The position numbers and the translations under genes were made by a program. Source: Eledone cirrhosa (taxonomy: Eukaryota). From it: a stretch of 64,000 bases of DNA. A model generated the notes under the pieces. It had not been told where the DNA came from. It worked only from the letters and a program-made list of their open reading frames with translations, and did not search any database. Within the stretch, counting starts at the first letter, position 1. The number at the start of each line of letters is the position of its first letter. The stretch spans positions 18,600,001 through 18,664,000 of the forward strand of contig OZ024756.1 in NCBI GenBank assembly GCA_964016885.1, written 5' to 3'. This document shows, one piece after another, positions 46,799 through 58,770 of this stretch.

Positions 46799-48709
46799 TT
46801 ACTTACCTTCCGGGGTCTTGTGAAGGTCGGGTGGTTCGACCTCCATGGTTTGTGGGGTTTCTTTTGGGAACCCCTTTAATAGTCTTGACGTGGGTTTTAC
46901 GTTCGGGGTTCCCACATCCCGAGGAAAGCTCTTTCGAATTTCTTTGTATGAAGCGAGCGACATTCGCATCAGAAGCAAATTATCTGGTACGCGAAATGTG
47001 CTCGCTTCAAATGTTTCCCCGTCTTTTTCGATGTTTGTGCTTCGTGCTACATGGGCCATCAATTCCGTGTTGGCCCTTCTGGCAAGCACGAAGTTTTTAA
47101 TGTTTTGTTGCTCGGGTTTTATTTGTTCGTGTGATTGTGGTGGTGATAGCTTTGTTAGTGTTGTTTCTATTGTGTCTGCGTTTGTTGTGGGTGGGGTGTC
47201 TGTAGTTTCTGATGTTTGTGTGTCTATTTGTTCTTGTGTCTGTTTAGCTTGTTTGCGTTTGGGGGATTTTGGTGGTTGTGTTGGTGATGCTGTGGGGAAA
47301 ATGTTTGTGTGGGTGGTGTGTGTATTTTTTTTTGTGGGGGTGTTTGTGCTTTGTGGATTTCTTTTTTTTTTGTGTTTTGTTTTTTGTATTTTGGGGGACT
47401 TTGGTTTTCCCTCATCTTCACTGCTGGAGGATGAGGGGTCTGTGGCTGTGAGCGTGTTTGTGTCTGAGTGAGTGTTTATGTTCTTGTTCGTGTGTGTATT
47501 TTGGGGGGGAGGGGGAATGGGAGAGCTTTCCTCGTTTCCCCCCTGGGTGTGCAATTTTGGTGGTTCCATTGTTGACGGTGTTGCTGGTGGTCCTTGTCCC
47601 GGCGTCGCCAGCAGTGGAATCTTTCGACCCCTTGCGCTTTTCGGCAGTTGAGGGCAGAAGGCTCGCAAGTGTGTCGTTTCCCCACAAAAAAAACAATGCG
47701 GCCTTTTGCCCTCAGTCATTATATGCAACACCCTCCCGTTTTGGAGGCGGATGTGGTCCGGGATTGCTTTCACGTTTTCGGGTCTGATTTGGAGCAGTAT
47801 CTCCAGATCAACCCCGGACCAGTCGTCCCTGGCAGTTCTCGTTGCCTCTACCGGGACTGTATCCGTTCCTTCCACGATTACGCAACCCAGGAGCCACCAC
47901 ATATCAAGTCCTGGTGGAATCCTGGGAATGCGCACACGTGCTATTCGTTTTCCCATGTGGGAGGGGTACATTATAACCTTGCTGGTTTTGCAAGGGGTCA
48001 TTGAATGCTTCACAGCGAGGGCTTCAGACTTGAACAGCACCGAAACGGTGCCGTATTGCCTGCCCCTCTCTATGAAGTCTGTGTCCTCTCTGATGTATTT
48101 CAGTGCGGCTTCTATGTCAGCTTGGGCGATTATCGCTGCCCTCTTTGTCTCTACTGAGATGCATCTGAAATGCACCGTTCTTTTTTCCACTGCCTCAATG
48201 GCTTCTGCCGGGACAGTTAAGTTTGCCCAGGTCTGCTCTTGATTTATGATTTTCCAGGCCTGGGCCAACTTTTCCTCTCTGTTGGTTAAGTCGATGCTGT
48301 AGCATGGTCTCCTTTTAGCCGCTGCCACAGCAGCGAAGGTGTTCTTGTTGGTGTTGTCACTGTTGTTGTTCTTGTTGGTGTTGCTGCTGCTATTGCTGTT
48401 GTTGTTCTCCCCTGTGTCGTGGTTACCCTCTGTGCTGTTGGCCTTGTTGGTGCTGTTGCTGTAGCTACTATTACTCTCTGTGCTGTTTGTTTTGTTGGTG
48501 CTCTCGCTATTACCACCTTCTGCGCTGTTCGGCTTGTTGGTGTTGGTGTTGTCGCTGTTACCACCTTCCGCGCCGCTCGGCCCGTTGGTGCTGGCACTGT
48601 CGCTGCTCACACTCGTGCTGGTGGCGCTCCTCGCCTCACCTCTCCTCTCAACGCTCAAGTCGCCGTTGCACGACAGCAGACCCGCCTCTAGGGGGCGTGG
48701 CTCCGCCAT
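46799..48709 (-). CDS. LINE ORF1: gag-like nucleic-acid-binding protein with a CCHC zinc knuckle (636 aa)
   Basis: CFFCGETTHLRAFC knuckle with low-complexity N/S/T and P/K/T flanks; lies directly upstream of ORF2. Confidence 0.88.
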   Translation of the reverse strand: MAEPRPLEAGLLSCNGDLSVERRGEARSATSTSVSSDSASTNGPSGAEGGNSDNTNTNKPNSAEGGNSESTNKTNSTESNSSYSNSTNKANSTEGNHDTGENNNSNSSSNTNKNNNSDNTNKNTFAAVAAAKRRPCYSIDLTNREEKLAQAWKIINQEQTWANLTVPAEAIEAVEKRTVHFRCISVETKRAAIIAQADIEAALKYIREDTDFIERGRQYGTVSVLFKSEALAVKHSMTPCKTSKVIMYPSHMGKRIARVRIPRIPPGLDMWWLLGCVIVEGTDTVPVEATRTARDDWSGVDLEILLQIRPENVKAIPDHIRLQNGRVLHIMTEGKRPHCFFCGETTHLRAFCPQLPKSARGRKIPLLATPGQGPPATPSTMEPPKLHTQGGNEESSPIPPPPQNTHTNKNINTHSDTNTLTATDPSSSSSEDEGKPKSPKIQKTKHKKKRNPQSTNTPTKKNTHTTHTNIFPTASPTQPPKSPKRKQAKQTQEQIDTQTSETTDTPPTTNADTIETTLTKLSPPQSHEQIKPEQQNIKNFVLARRANTELMAHVARSTNIEKDGETFEASTFRVPDNLLLMRMSLASYKEIRKSFPRDVGTPNVKPTSRLLKGFPKETPQTMEVEPPDLHKTPEGK

Positions 48710-48944
48710 GTTTTTTTGAGAAAAAAATTATTATTTTTTTTCAAAATAAAGTTCAAATATTTGGGCCAAAAGGCCCAAATATTATGAGTTATTCCTTCAC
48801 AGGATACAAATGAATGTCTTATAATGCTTCAGCGGTACAAAAAATAAACAATTCTCTACAATTAATCCTCAAAAAATTGCTTACTCACGGAGCTTCAAAA
48901 AACGTACATCCACTTTCGTCAATAATAATAATAATAATAATAGT

Positions 48945-49240
48945 ACACTATTAATAATTATTAATGCACTCGTGCAATGCCTGTGCGTGACGAATATTTT
49001 TAAAGTGAGGAAAGACTGTGCACTGAGCAAATCCCACTCTCTGAGCGACAGTAGCTATAACCCGAAAAGAAGAAAAGATCAACATCATCGGTAACTACTG
49101 AGCCGCAGGTTTTATGTCGGAGTTAACCCAGTTTCCTGAGATGCCTTCTCCTAGAAGAATGCCCTGACAAGGGCTAGGGGTTCTTCACTCCCAAGTGGTT
49201 TAACTGCGCGATCGGGCATCCAGCCCGATTATTTCTATGT
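48945..49240 (-). mobile_element. RTE-type 5' UTR fragment, homologous to 50835-51130
   Basis: Contains gggcattcttctaggagaagg...aaaacctgcgg, resembling RTE 5' UTR motifs. Confidence 0.6.
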
Positions 49241-49734
49241 CCCCGCGCAAAAAAAAAAAAAAAAAAACTCACTTATTGACACTTATACGTACGACATACA
49301 CACACGCGCATACTTATGCGTGCACACACACGCATACATACGTGCGCACACAGCAACACTCATACATACAAACAAACACACACACGCTACTCACTTACAC
49401 ACACACACACTACTCACTTACACACACACATATATATATATATTACCGTCATTCCTGATACCAGATTACAAGATTATGTCAAAATGTTGACTTTCAAGAG
49501 TTTGTTGATGTTGTTGTTGTGTTGTGTGCGTGTGTGTGTGTTTGTTATTTTGAGTTTTTTTATTTGTTTGTGTTATTTTTTTTTTTTTTTAAATCTTTTG
49601 ATGCCGCTGTTGTTGTTGTTGTAAATGTTCATTTCAATACATTCTGAAGCTGTTGTTGCTGTAAACATTAGTGCCGGTGTTGTAGATGTTGGGGTTGAAA
49701 TCTGGTCGTTTGACTGAGTGATGTATATACACAC

Positions 49735-49810
<76 letters not shown>

Positions 49811-50103
49811 TCAACACAGAGTAGAGAGTTTGACAACAGGTCAATGACTTTAGTCTAGATAGGGTAATGACATGTGATGGTGGGGAGAGAGTGTAGACGT
49901 TATTGTGGTGGTGGGGGACAGTGAGATGTATCTAGTTCATTTGTCCGTTTTCTTCTCTTTGCAAAATTTGAATTTTAGCCATGTTATATTGAGATATAAG
50001 TAAATGTAAAATGTAAAATATAAATAAGGATTGTTCTGGTAAAATATACTAAAATATTTGTGTAACTTCCACAAACTTCCACATACATACATACATACAT
50101 ACA

Positions 50104-50704
50104 TGGTGGCTGCCAACTCGTTTTCGAGTACGGCCACTACTTTATATCCATGTAGGAGAACCCCTACCGATGCGCTGAACGAGTGTGACTTTTTAGTCCA
50201 GCCAGCGACTTGAAAACTCTGGTACAAACACTACACTTGTCACAATTATTGACACATGGTGCTGGGCCCATGGTACCATGTGACGACAAGTGCAGAGAGA
50301 TCTCCAGATATAAAGCAATGCCTGTGCCGTGAAGCTTTTATAGTGAGCAAAGGCACTGCACAAAGCCAGTCCCACTCTCTTAACCAAGATGATATTTATC
50401 AAAAAGAAGAACAAGTCAACATCATTGGATACCATCAGGGTTGCAGGTGTTATATCAGAGTTTTCCTTTTCCTAGAATTCTGCCTTGACAACGGCTAAGG
50501 GGTCATCTCTCCCGGTGATTTTGGATGGCCATTGACTCTTAAGAGCTCCTTTGACAGGTTTTGTTTTTAGTCCTGCAGGATGTCCAAAGTCACCCTCCTC
50601 ACCAAGAAACCTTGGTGGGGTTGCCAGTTTAGTCGCCAACGACCCGACCATGAGACAGGTTGTACTGGGATACATGTTACCAGTAACACCAACTGGTGAC
50701 CTGA
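50104..50704 (-). mobile_element. Non-autonomous RTE-derived element between (ACAT)n tracts, copy 1
   Basis: Shares both termini with 50783-51296; internal ctaggaaaaggaaaactctga motif. Confidence 0.6.
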
Positions 50705-50782
50705 CATACATACATACATACATACATACATACATACATACATACATACATACATACATACATACATACATACATACATACA

Positions 50783-51296
50783 TGAATGATGGCTGCCCCC
50801 TCGTTATCGAGTATGGCCATTGCATGATATAACATTATTAATAATTATCAATTAATGCTATCGTGCAATGCATTTGCGTGAAGATATTTTTTAAAGTGAG
50901 GAAAGACTGTGCACTGAGCCAATCCCACTCTCTGAGCAACAGTAGCTATAACCCGAAATAAGAAAAGATCAACATCATTGGTAACTACTGAGCCGCAGGT
51001 TTTAAGTCGGAGTTATCCCAGTTTCCTGAGATACCTTCTCCTAGAAGAATGCCCTGACAAAGGCTAAGGGTCCTTCGCTCCCAGTTGTTTAACCGCGCGA
51101 ACGGGTATCCAGCCCGATTATTTCTATGTCTTCTCCCGCCCTTTGTCAGGTTTTGTTTTTTGTCCTGCAGGGTGTCCAAAATCACCCTCCTGACTAAGTA
51201 AACTTGGTGGGGTTGCTGGTTGAGTCACCGACGACCCGACCATGAGACAGGTCGTACTGGGTTACATGTTACCAGTAGCACTCGAGAGCGACCTGA
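50783..51296 (-). mobile_element. Non-autonomous RTE-derived element between (ACAT)n tracts, copy 2
   Basis: Termini tggctgcc..ctcgtt.tcgagta.ggcca and acgacccgaccatgagacagg...gacctg are shared with copy 1. Confidence 0.6.
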
Positions 51297-51340
51297 CATA
51301 CATACATACATTCATATATACACTCATACATACCTTCATT

Positions 51341-51374
<34 letters not shown>

Positions 51375-52491
51375 CAGACATACCCATACATATATACACA
51401 CACACATACATACATTCATATATACACTCATACATACCTTCATTCACACACATCTACACATACATATACACGTACATTCACACATACACACATACTTACA
51501 TACATATATACATACATACCTTCATTCACACACACATACATATATATATATACAGACATACCCATACATATATACACACACACATACATACACAAATTCA
51601 TACATAAAAATATACATACATAGAAACAAACAAACAATGATTTTATTTAAAAAATAGTAAACAAGACGTGATAATAGCCGCCAGAATGTCTTTCATCTTA
51701 TCTCAGGTGAAGGAAGGGTGAGATAAGGAGAGGTTAATCGTTCGAAACAACAACCAGGTGGAAAATTTCACTATCTTACCGACCCCCCACCCAGAGGCAG
51801 ACACTCCTGTCCACACACAAATATATAGGTGTGCGTATGAATGTGTGTGTATTTGTATTTATATATATATAACATCTCAGTCTGATGAGTCATCCCGACG
51901 TATATTAATATTCTGTGATCCAGAAACCTTTGGTAATGGAGTAGTTATATTTTGTGTTGTTCACTTTCTAATATATATCTAATATATATTTGTGAAATGG
52001 GTGGTGGTTGAAATTCAGATGTGCACGGTTAAATGGTAGTAGACGTGGTCGGACTGACATGAAAATTTACACACCTATGTAAAAAGTGCCAAGGAAGCAA
52101 ATAGACGAGGTTTCAAATCTCTAACTTGAAAAATGTGGTCCCTGGGGCCCCAAAACTATCGCGTGCGGTGAGTTATTTCCCCCTGTTCTAATACTTTTGT
52201 CTTATTTACAATTTCATACAAATAAAGCAGTAAAATCCCGTAGTAAGACCTAAAAAATTGTTAGATACACCATGACGCACCGTGCATCACGGTGGAATTG
52301 AAAAGCAAACTCAGAACATGGCGTTGTGTGGGGGTGGTTCGCAGCCCAATGTTCCAGGGGGAGCAGAAGAAGAAGAAGAAGTGAGCTGGAGTCCTATCAA
52401 ATATGTAGGTTGTGTCTTAAATTGAAGGTTTAGGAGAAACAATTCATCTATAGTTTTGTACTTTTCTTTTTGTCATTCATATATAAACAAA

Positions 52492-53472
52492 TCTACTATA
52501 TAAATTGGAAGTGGTCGGACGTTGTATATGTAAGGTGTAGTCGGATGAACGTCGAAACGGCTTGGTGGAATGCAGCGAAAATTTACACAGTTATGCAGAA
52601 TGACCCGAGGAGGCGTTGCGGGTGGTTACGGAGAAAATCGATGAAACAGGAATTTCCCATTCAAATTGAACTGAGAGGAATCTGTGAACGCAGAAGTAAA
52701 TATTTCGAGAAACGTTGCAACCGAACGAAAACAGGAAGACGATATTTTGGTTCGTGAAGACGTTCCCTGGCAATGAACGGGAAAAAAGCGAGGATAACAC
52801 GTCGTTATATGGAGCGTGAAGAACAATTTCATGCAAAGACAAGACCAAGTTTATAGTATAAATGGAGTCGTTATACTAATATTCTATTTAAAATAACAGA
52901 ATAATTTCCAGCCCCGGAGTTTAAGAATGATGTAAATAAAATTGAAAACGAAAATGACAGAGGTTATTAAAATAGTAAAAGTAAATAGTGAAGATTTAGG
53001 CCAGTACATACGTATGCCCCGACGAACATACACATACATACGCACACACAAATACACACACACACGCATACGCGCGCGCGCGTATGTATAAACCTTATGC
53101 ATTTCTACAGTATTTTCACCAAACTTAAGACATAGGTTACTTATGTACTCCGGATGGTCATGGGCACTGTCATTTTTCCAGATATTGATTATAGGCCCCC
53201 CCCCCCCCGGCAGATAACCCCTTGAACAACTTTAACCACTTCCTTGGAGTCGACTGAAGCACTGCAGTTCGCAACCGATTTTCACAAAACTTGACACATG
53301 GGCTACTCTCAGAATTGGCACAGGGTAGGGGACCCCTAGGGGCAGGAACTCCCTTTTGGAAAAAGCCGATGATTTTCTAAAAGTATAGTTTTCGAAGCAG
53401 CACTGAAGTATTGACATAAATGGTATACAAACTGCTATTTAATATCCGAGCCACGCCGGGTACCTCTGCTAG
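52492..53472 (+). mobile_element. Non-autonomous Helitron
   Basis: A|TCTACTATATAAA 5' end (less certain); subterminal hairpin ccgagccacgccggg, then CTAG|T 3' end; internal aaccgattttcacaaaacttg. Confidence 0.7.
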
Positions 53473-53497
53473 TATATATACATATATATATATATAT

Positions 53498-53710
53498 GAA
53501 AATGTTTAACCCTGACTGCAGAGCTCAAGCCGTTTCGACGGCTATTTCTGGAACTAAATTCTAGTCCAATTTAGTCCAGAAATAGCCGTCGAAACTGCTT
53601 GAGCTCTGCCGTCGGGGTTAGAAATTTTCCTATTACCCACTCTACTACCCTAAGTATTGAGTACTCTGGTGCGTTATGCTCCATCTGGTTCCTTACCACA
53701 CCTCCTTCGT
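53498..53710 (+). mobile_element. Family A foldback insert with HHR 3' half and tail
   Basis: Inverted arms at about 53498-53560 and 53568-53629; tail actc...gagtactct; (TA)n flanks. Confidence 0.72.
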
Positions 53711-53939
53711 TATATATATATATATATATATATACATACATATTTGTGTGTGTGTATATATATATGTCTCTGTGTGTGTGAGTATATCTACACACACACA
53801 CACACACATATATATATATTTGAAAAGGGAGTAAGGTTCTATACAAGACGGAGGTTATAGAGAAAAAGTAGAATTGGAAACTGCTCGGAAAATATAGAGG
53901 AAATATTTAAAAAAAATTGTTCCTCTCATTTTTTTCAAT

Positions 53940-54125
53940 AATTGTTTCTACTTTAGGCACAAGGCCAGCAATTACCCAGTACATTACTGGTACTTTATTT
54001 TATCGACCCCGTAAGGATGAAAGGCAAAGTCAACCTCGGCGGGATTTGAACTCAGATCGTAAAGGGACGTAACTATGCTGGAAAGCATGGCGTCCGACCC
54101 TCTACCGATACTGCCAATCCGTCGC
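53940..54125 (-). mobile_element. Full-length tRNA-derived SINE
   Basis: Near-identical to 29105-29292 and 36937-37120. Confidence 0.88.
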
Positions 54126-54191
54126 TTTGACGGATCAAAGAAGAAAAACAGATCCTTTAAATATATTTTCCGTGCTGTTTCCAACCCCCCC

Positions 54192-54247
<56 letters not shown>

Positions 54248-54313
54248 AGTAATAAGAATAATAGTAATAATAAATGTGAAGACTAAAACCCGAAGAGGGG
54301 GCGATAAGGATTA

Positions 54314-55116
54314 TCTATATACATAAATGGCAATTTCTGTTTGTTTGTGAACCTAAAACTCAAAAACTACCAAACCGATCTTGAAACTTGACACGTGTGT
54401 GGGGCTCATGCCTACTTGATTTCTTACGTATATTTCATTTTAATCAAAGTGTTCCCGGGGGTTCAAACCCCCACTGAGAACCCCCGCTTAAATTTTTTCC
54501 CTTCGATTTATATGAAATTTAAACCATAGGTAAATGACAAGATAGGATGCCTATTCACAAAATTTAAGCAAATTTGAATGATATTAAGACACCCTACTGG
54601 GGGTTAAACCCCCTATAGTGAAAATTTTGGCCAATAAATGGAACAAGATTTCACGAACTCTTTCTATGGTTTTGGAAATAGACCCCATAACCATATATAT
54701 TCTGAAACTACATTGCCCAGGGTACTTGGATAAGTATATTTCATTTTAATCAAAGGGTTCCCCGGGGGGCACGAAACCCCCGCTGAAATTTTTTTTCCTT
54801 CTATTTATATAAAATTTAAACCATAGGTAAATGACAAGATATGATGCCTATTCACAAAATTTCAGCAATGAAACCCCATAATGGTGGTTCTATTTTTTTC
54901 CTTATAGCAACACTCAACTTCTCTGACAAACATATTTTCACCTGACCAATGCAATCAACAATATTTGTTTGTATTATTGTTTCGTAAATGAATTTGTCTT
55001 CGCTTTTGATTATCTGTCCTATATTTTGATTTCATCATTGGTCTGAGAGGCACTGGGCATTTTAATGGGAACTGGGAATACCACCGCTCCCGGGTATTAC
55101 TGGGTACCTCAGCTAA
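54314..55116 (+). mobile_element. Non-autonomous Helitron with an internal about 140-bp direct duplication
   Basis: A|TCTATATACATAAA...gtttgtttgt 5' end; cccggg...ctggg hairpin, then CTAA|T; 54428-54570 is repeated at 54735-54868. Confidence 0.72.
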
Positions 55117-55231
55117 TATATATATATATATATAGATATATACACGTAGGTCCCGGGTTGAGTCGGGGATAACCACAGTAAGTAAGGTACTCAATACATG
55201 GCAGAGTAAAATTTTTTTATTTTATAGAAGG

Positions 55232-55282
55232 AGCTTCTACAGGACTAGTACTGTTTCATTCAGATGAAATCTTCAGGAAGCT
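55232..55282 (-). ncRNA. Canonical type I hammerhead ribozyme in an about 155-bp insert between (TA)n tracts
   Basis: Minus strand: agcttc CTGAAGA tttc-atct-gaat GAAACAG tactagtc CTGTA gaagct. Confidence 0.85.
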
Positions 55283-55537
55283 GGGTGTCATATTAAGTTC
55301 TATATATATATATATATATTATTCAGAATAATAATAAATGAAGACATTCACGTAATCAAAATATATGTTTTATTATATATATTTCGAAAGTACTGTGCTG
55401 TTTTTTCAGCACGTCCTCGTCAGATAAAATGCATGAATTGATGTATGACATACCTCAACTGTCTTGATAGTTCAATTCCAGTATTGGCAGAATTGAACTA
55501 TCAAGACAGTTGAGGTATGTCATACATCAATTTATGT

Positions 55538-55601
55538 GTTTTATCTGACGAGGACGTACTGAAAAGACAGCACAGTACTTTCGAAATATATATAATAAAA
55601 C
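55538..55601 (+). ncRNA. Minimal hammerhead ribozyme, mirrored at 55367-55429, in a foldback insert (55317-55741)
   Basis: gttttat CTGACGA ggacgtactg...cagtactttc GAAA tatatat A ataaaac. Confidence 0.8.
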
Positions 55602-55739
55602 ATATATTTCGATTATGTGAATGTCTTCATTTATTATTATTCTGAATAATAATAACTCCAGAAAACCTTTTGTAGAGTGCTTTTAATCTATTGTAAAATT
55701 ATATTCATTGAGTAATCAATGAACCATATTAATCTTTGG

Positions 55740-55789
<50 letters not shown>

Positions 55790-55822
55790 GAAGAGAAAAT
55801 ATTTATTTTAAGAACAGATTAA

Positions 55823-55873
55823 AGTTTAAGCAAAGAATCGTTGCTTTCACCCTTAACGAGATCTTCTGAAACT
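55823..55873 (-). ncRNA. Hammerhead-like motif with a variant core (family C)
   Basis: Minus strand: agttt CAGAAGA tctc-gttaa-gggt GAAAGCA...TGCTT aaact. The copy at 56514-56559 has CTGAAGA. Confidence 0.6.
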
Positions 55874-55878
55874 CTGAG

Positions 55879-56049
<171 letters not shown>

Positions 56050-56165
56050 AAACGCCAGCACTTTGCAAGAGATGTCAACATGAGTGGACCTGTTATTTTT
56101 ATCTAAAGATATTTTTTCCAATCCCAACCCGCCCGCCCCTTCAATCTATCTTATTTCTCATTCTT

Positions 56166-56201
56166 TCTTCTGATGAAAGACTAGCGTCCGAAACGTTAAG
56201 A
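56166..56201 (+). ncRNA. Minimal hammerhead ribozyme in a PLE-like 3' fragment (56047-56290)
   Basis: tctt CTGATGA aagac-tagc-gtcc GAAACGTT aaga. Upstream 56095-56160 is also present at 470-535. Confidence 0.72.
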
Positions 56202-56312
56202 CCCTCTTCATGCTATATCAAGCGTTAACCTAATATATCCCTTCCATATACTGTACCGATTGTGTTGTTATTTCTGTTTACCTTTTACGTACACACACAC
56301 ACACACACACAC

Positions 56313-56402
<90 letters not shown>

Positions 56403-56406
<4 letters not shown>

Positions 56407-56618
56407 ATAATAATAAATTTGAGGACTAAAATCCAAAGAGGGCTCGATAAGGATAAATATATATCAAATATATAAGAACCGTAGAGCAAATATTTATTAA
56501 AATAACAGATTGAAGTTTAAGCAAAGAATCGCTGCTTTCACCCTTAACGGGATCTTCAGAAGATCCCGTTAAGGGTGAAAGCAGCGATTCTTTGCTTAAA
56601 CTTCAATCTGTTATTTTA

Positions 56619-56626
<8 letters not shown>
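56403..56626 (-). mobile_element. Family C foldback insert: near-perfect palindrome centred at 56558 within the HHR core, tail to the left
   Basis: Arms 56490-56557 and 56559-56626; tail also found at 54265-54313. Confidence 0.75.
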
Positions 56627-56691
<65 letters not shown>

Positions 56692-56780
56692 CATATATAC
56701 ATACATATATATCTGCGTGTGTGTATACATGTAAATACACTCACGCACATATATCTAACATAAACAATAAACATCTCTCT

Positions 56781-56813
<33 letters not shown>

Positions 56814-57044
56814 CAAGAGAGAGAGAGAGAGAGAGAGAGGGAGAGGATATGAGGGAGTACGGGTGTGTGTGTGAGAGAGAGATAGCACCTAAAGTTGGCA
56901 AAGAACTCCGTCTTTCTGCCAACATTTTAGTAATGGCTGAGATATTGACGTCAAAGACCAACCAAACTGTTTTGAGTCAGATCTTTGGTATTTAGGGGAA
57001 GGGGCGTATATACTTTCTGTTGATTCTTCACTTAACTCCTCCCC

Positions 57045-57124
57045 CCTACTACTACTATATCTTCACTTTCTACCTCCTCCCCCTCCTCCTACTACTACTA
57101 TATCTTCACTTTCTACCTCCTCCC

Positions 57125-57172
<48 letters not shown>

Positions 57173-57256
57173 TATTACTACTTTTTCTTCACTTTCTAAC
57201 TTCTCCTACTCCTCCTCCTACTACTACATCTTCACTTTCTACCTCCTCCTCCTCCG

Positions 57257-57311
<55 letters not shown>

Positions 57312-57400
57312 TATCTTCACTTTCTACCTTCTCCTATTCCTACTACTACTACTACTATATCTTCACTTTCTAGCTCCTCCCCCTCCTCCTCCTACTCCTC
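57045..57400. repeat. (CTA)n/(CCT)n compound repeat with a recurring atcttcactttcta unit
   Basis: Direct reading. Confidence 0.85.
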
Positions 57401-57728
57401 TTTCTCCCACCTCGTCCCACACATCACATCTCTCCCTCTCATCCTCTTCCTTTTTTTCCTTTCGCCCTCCTCCTCCACACTCTTCATTCATCTTTTCTTC
57501 ATCGTCCTTCCATCTTTCCCTTCTTTCCCTTCTTTCTTTCTTTCGCTGTCTCTCTCTTCTCTCTCTTTCTTCTCTCTCTCTCCCTCCATCCTTTGTGCTT
57601 CAATCACTCCCCCTCTCCGGCCTGTCTGTCTGTCTGTATGTATGTCTGTCTAACTCTCTCTCTACCTCATCCTCTACCTAACACTCTTCAGTTTCTCATA
57701 TACAATAACCTCAGCCATATTACCACCA

Positions 57729-58420
57729 TGTCACCCTGTCACCCTCTCACCTCAACCACGTTACCCTGTCACCCTGTCACCCTCTCACCTCAACCACGTT
57801 ACCCTGTCACCCTGTCACCCTCTCACCTCAACCACGTTACCCTGTCACCCTGTCACCCTCTCACCTCAACCACGTTACCCTGTCACCCTGTCACCCTCTC
57901 ACCTCAACCACGTTACCCTGTCACCCTCTCACCTCAACCACGTTACCCTGTCACCCTGTCACCCTCTCACCTCAACCACGTTACCCTGTCACCCTGTCAC
58001 CCTCTCACCTCAACCACGTTACCCTGTCACCCTGTCAACCTGTCACCTCAACCACGTTACCCTGTCACCCTGTCACCCTCTCACCTCAACCACGTTACCC
58101 TGTCACCCTGTCACCCTGTCACCTCAACCACGTTACCCTGTCACCCTGTCACCCTCTCACCTCAACCACGTTACCCTGTCACCCTGTCACCCTCTCACCT
58201 CAACCACGTTACCCTGTCACCCTGTCACCCTCTCACCTCAACCACGTTACCCTGTCACCCTGTCAACCTGTCACCTCAACCACGTTACCCTGTCACCCTG
58301 TCACCCTCTCACCTCAACCACGTTACCCTGTCACCCTGTCACCCTGTCACCTCAACCACGTTACCCTGTCCCCCTGTCACCCTCTCACCTCAACCACGTT
58401 ATCCTGTCACCCTACCGCAA
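57729..58420 (+). repeat. 38-bp minisatellite built from TCACCCTG subunits, degenerating to about 58665
   Basis: TCACCTCAACCACGTTACCCTGTCACCCTGTCACCCTC tandem units; explains ORF 57593-58579. Confidence 0.92.
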
Positions 58421-58707
58421 TATCACCTTGTCAACCTGTCACAATGTCACCCTGTCAACCTTGACACCCTGTTACTCTACCACTTCAACCACGTTACCGC
58501 CATGTCACCCTGTCACCCTAACACCCTGTCACATCAGCCATATTACCGCCATGTCACCCTCTCACTTCAACCACGTTAACGTCATGTCATCCTGTCAACT
58601 GTCAATTTGACAAACTGTCACCCTGTCACCTCAACTACGTTACCGCCATGTCGTCCTGTCACCCTGCTCAGCACTTACTCACATATGAGCATTCACACAT
58701 ACACAGG

Positions 58708-58770
<63 letters not shown>

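Larger units (their letters stand above)
43103..48920 (-). mobile_element. Full-length Tx1-clade (L1-like) non-LTR retrotransposon inserted in (AAT)n
   Basis: About 210-bp 5' UTR, ORF1, 29-bp spacer, ORF2, and about 260-bp 3' UTR ending AATAAATGAAATC-(ATT)n. (AAT)n on both flanks. Confidence 0.9.

Noticed and set aside
51880-51950. CTGATGA gtc..gac motif
   Set aside because: The GAAA box is absent (GTAT); possibly a dead HHR, but unsupported.
57593-58579. 328-aa ORF with repeated PCHPVTLS
   Set aside because: It reads through a 38-bp minisatellite that happens to lack stops; the unit length is not a multiple of three.
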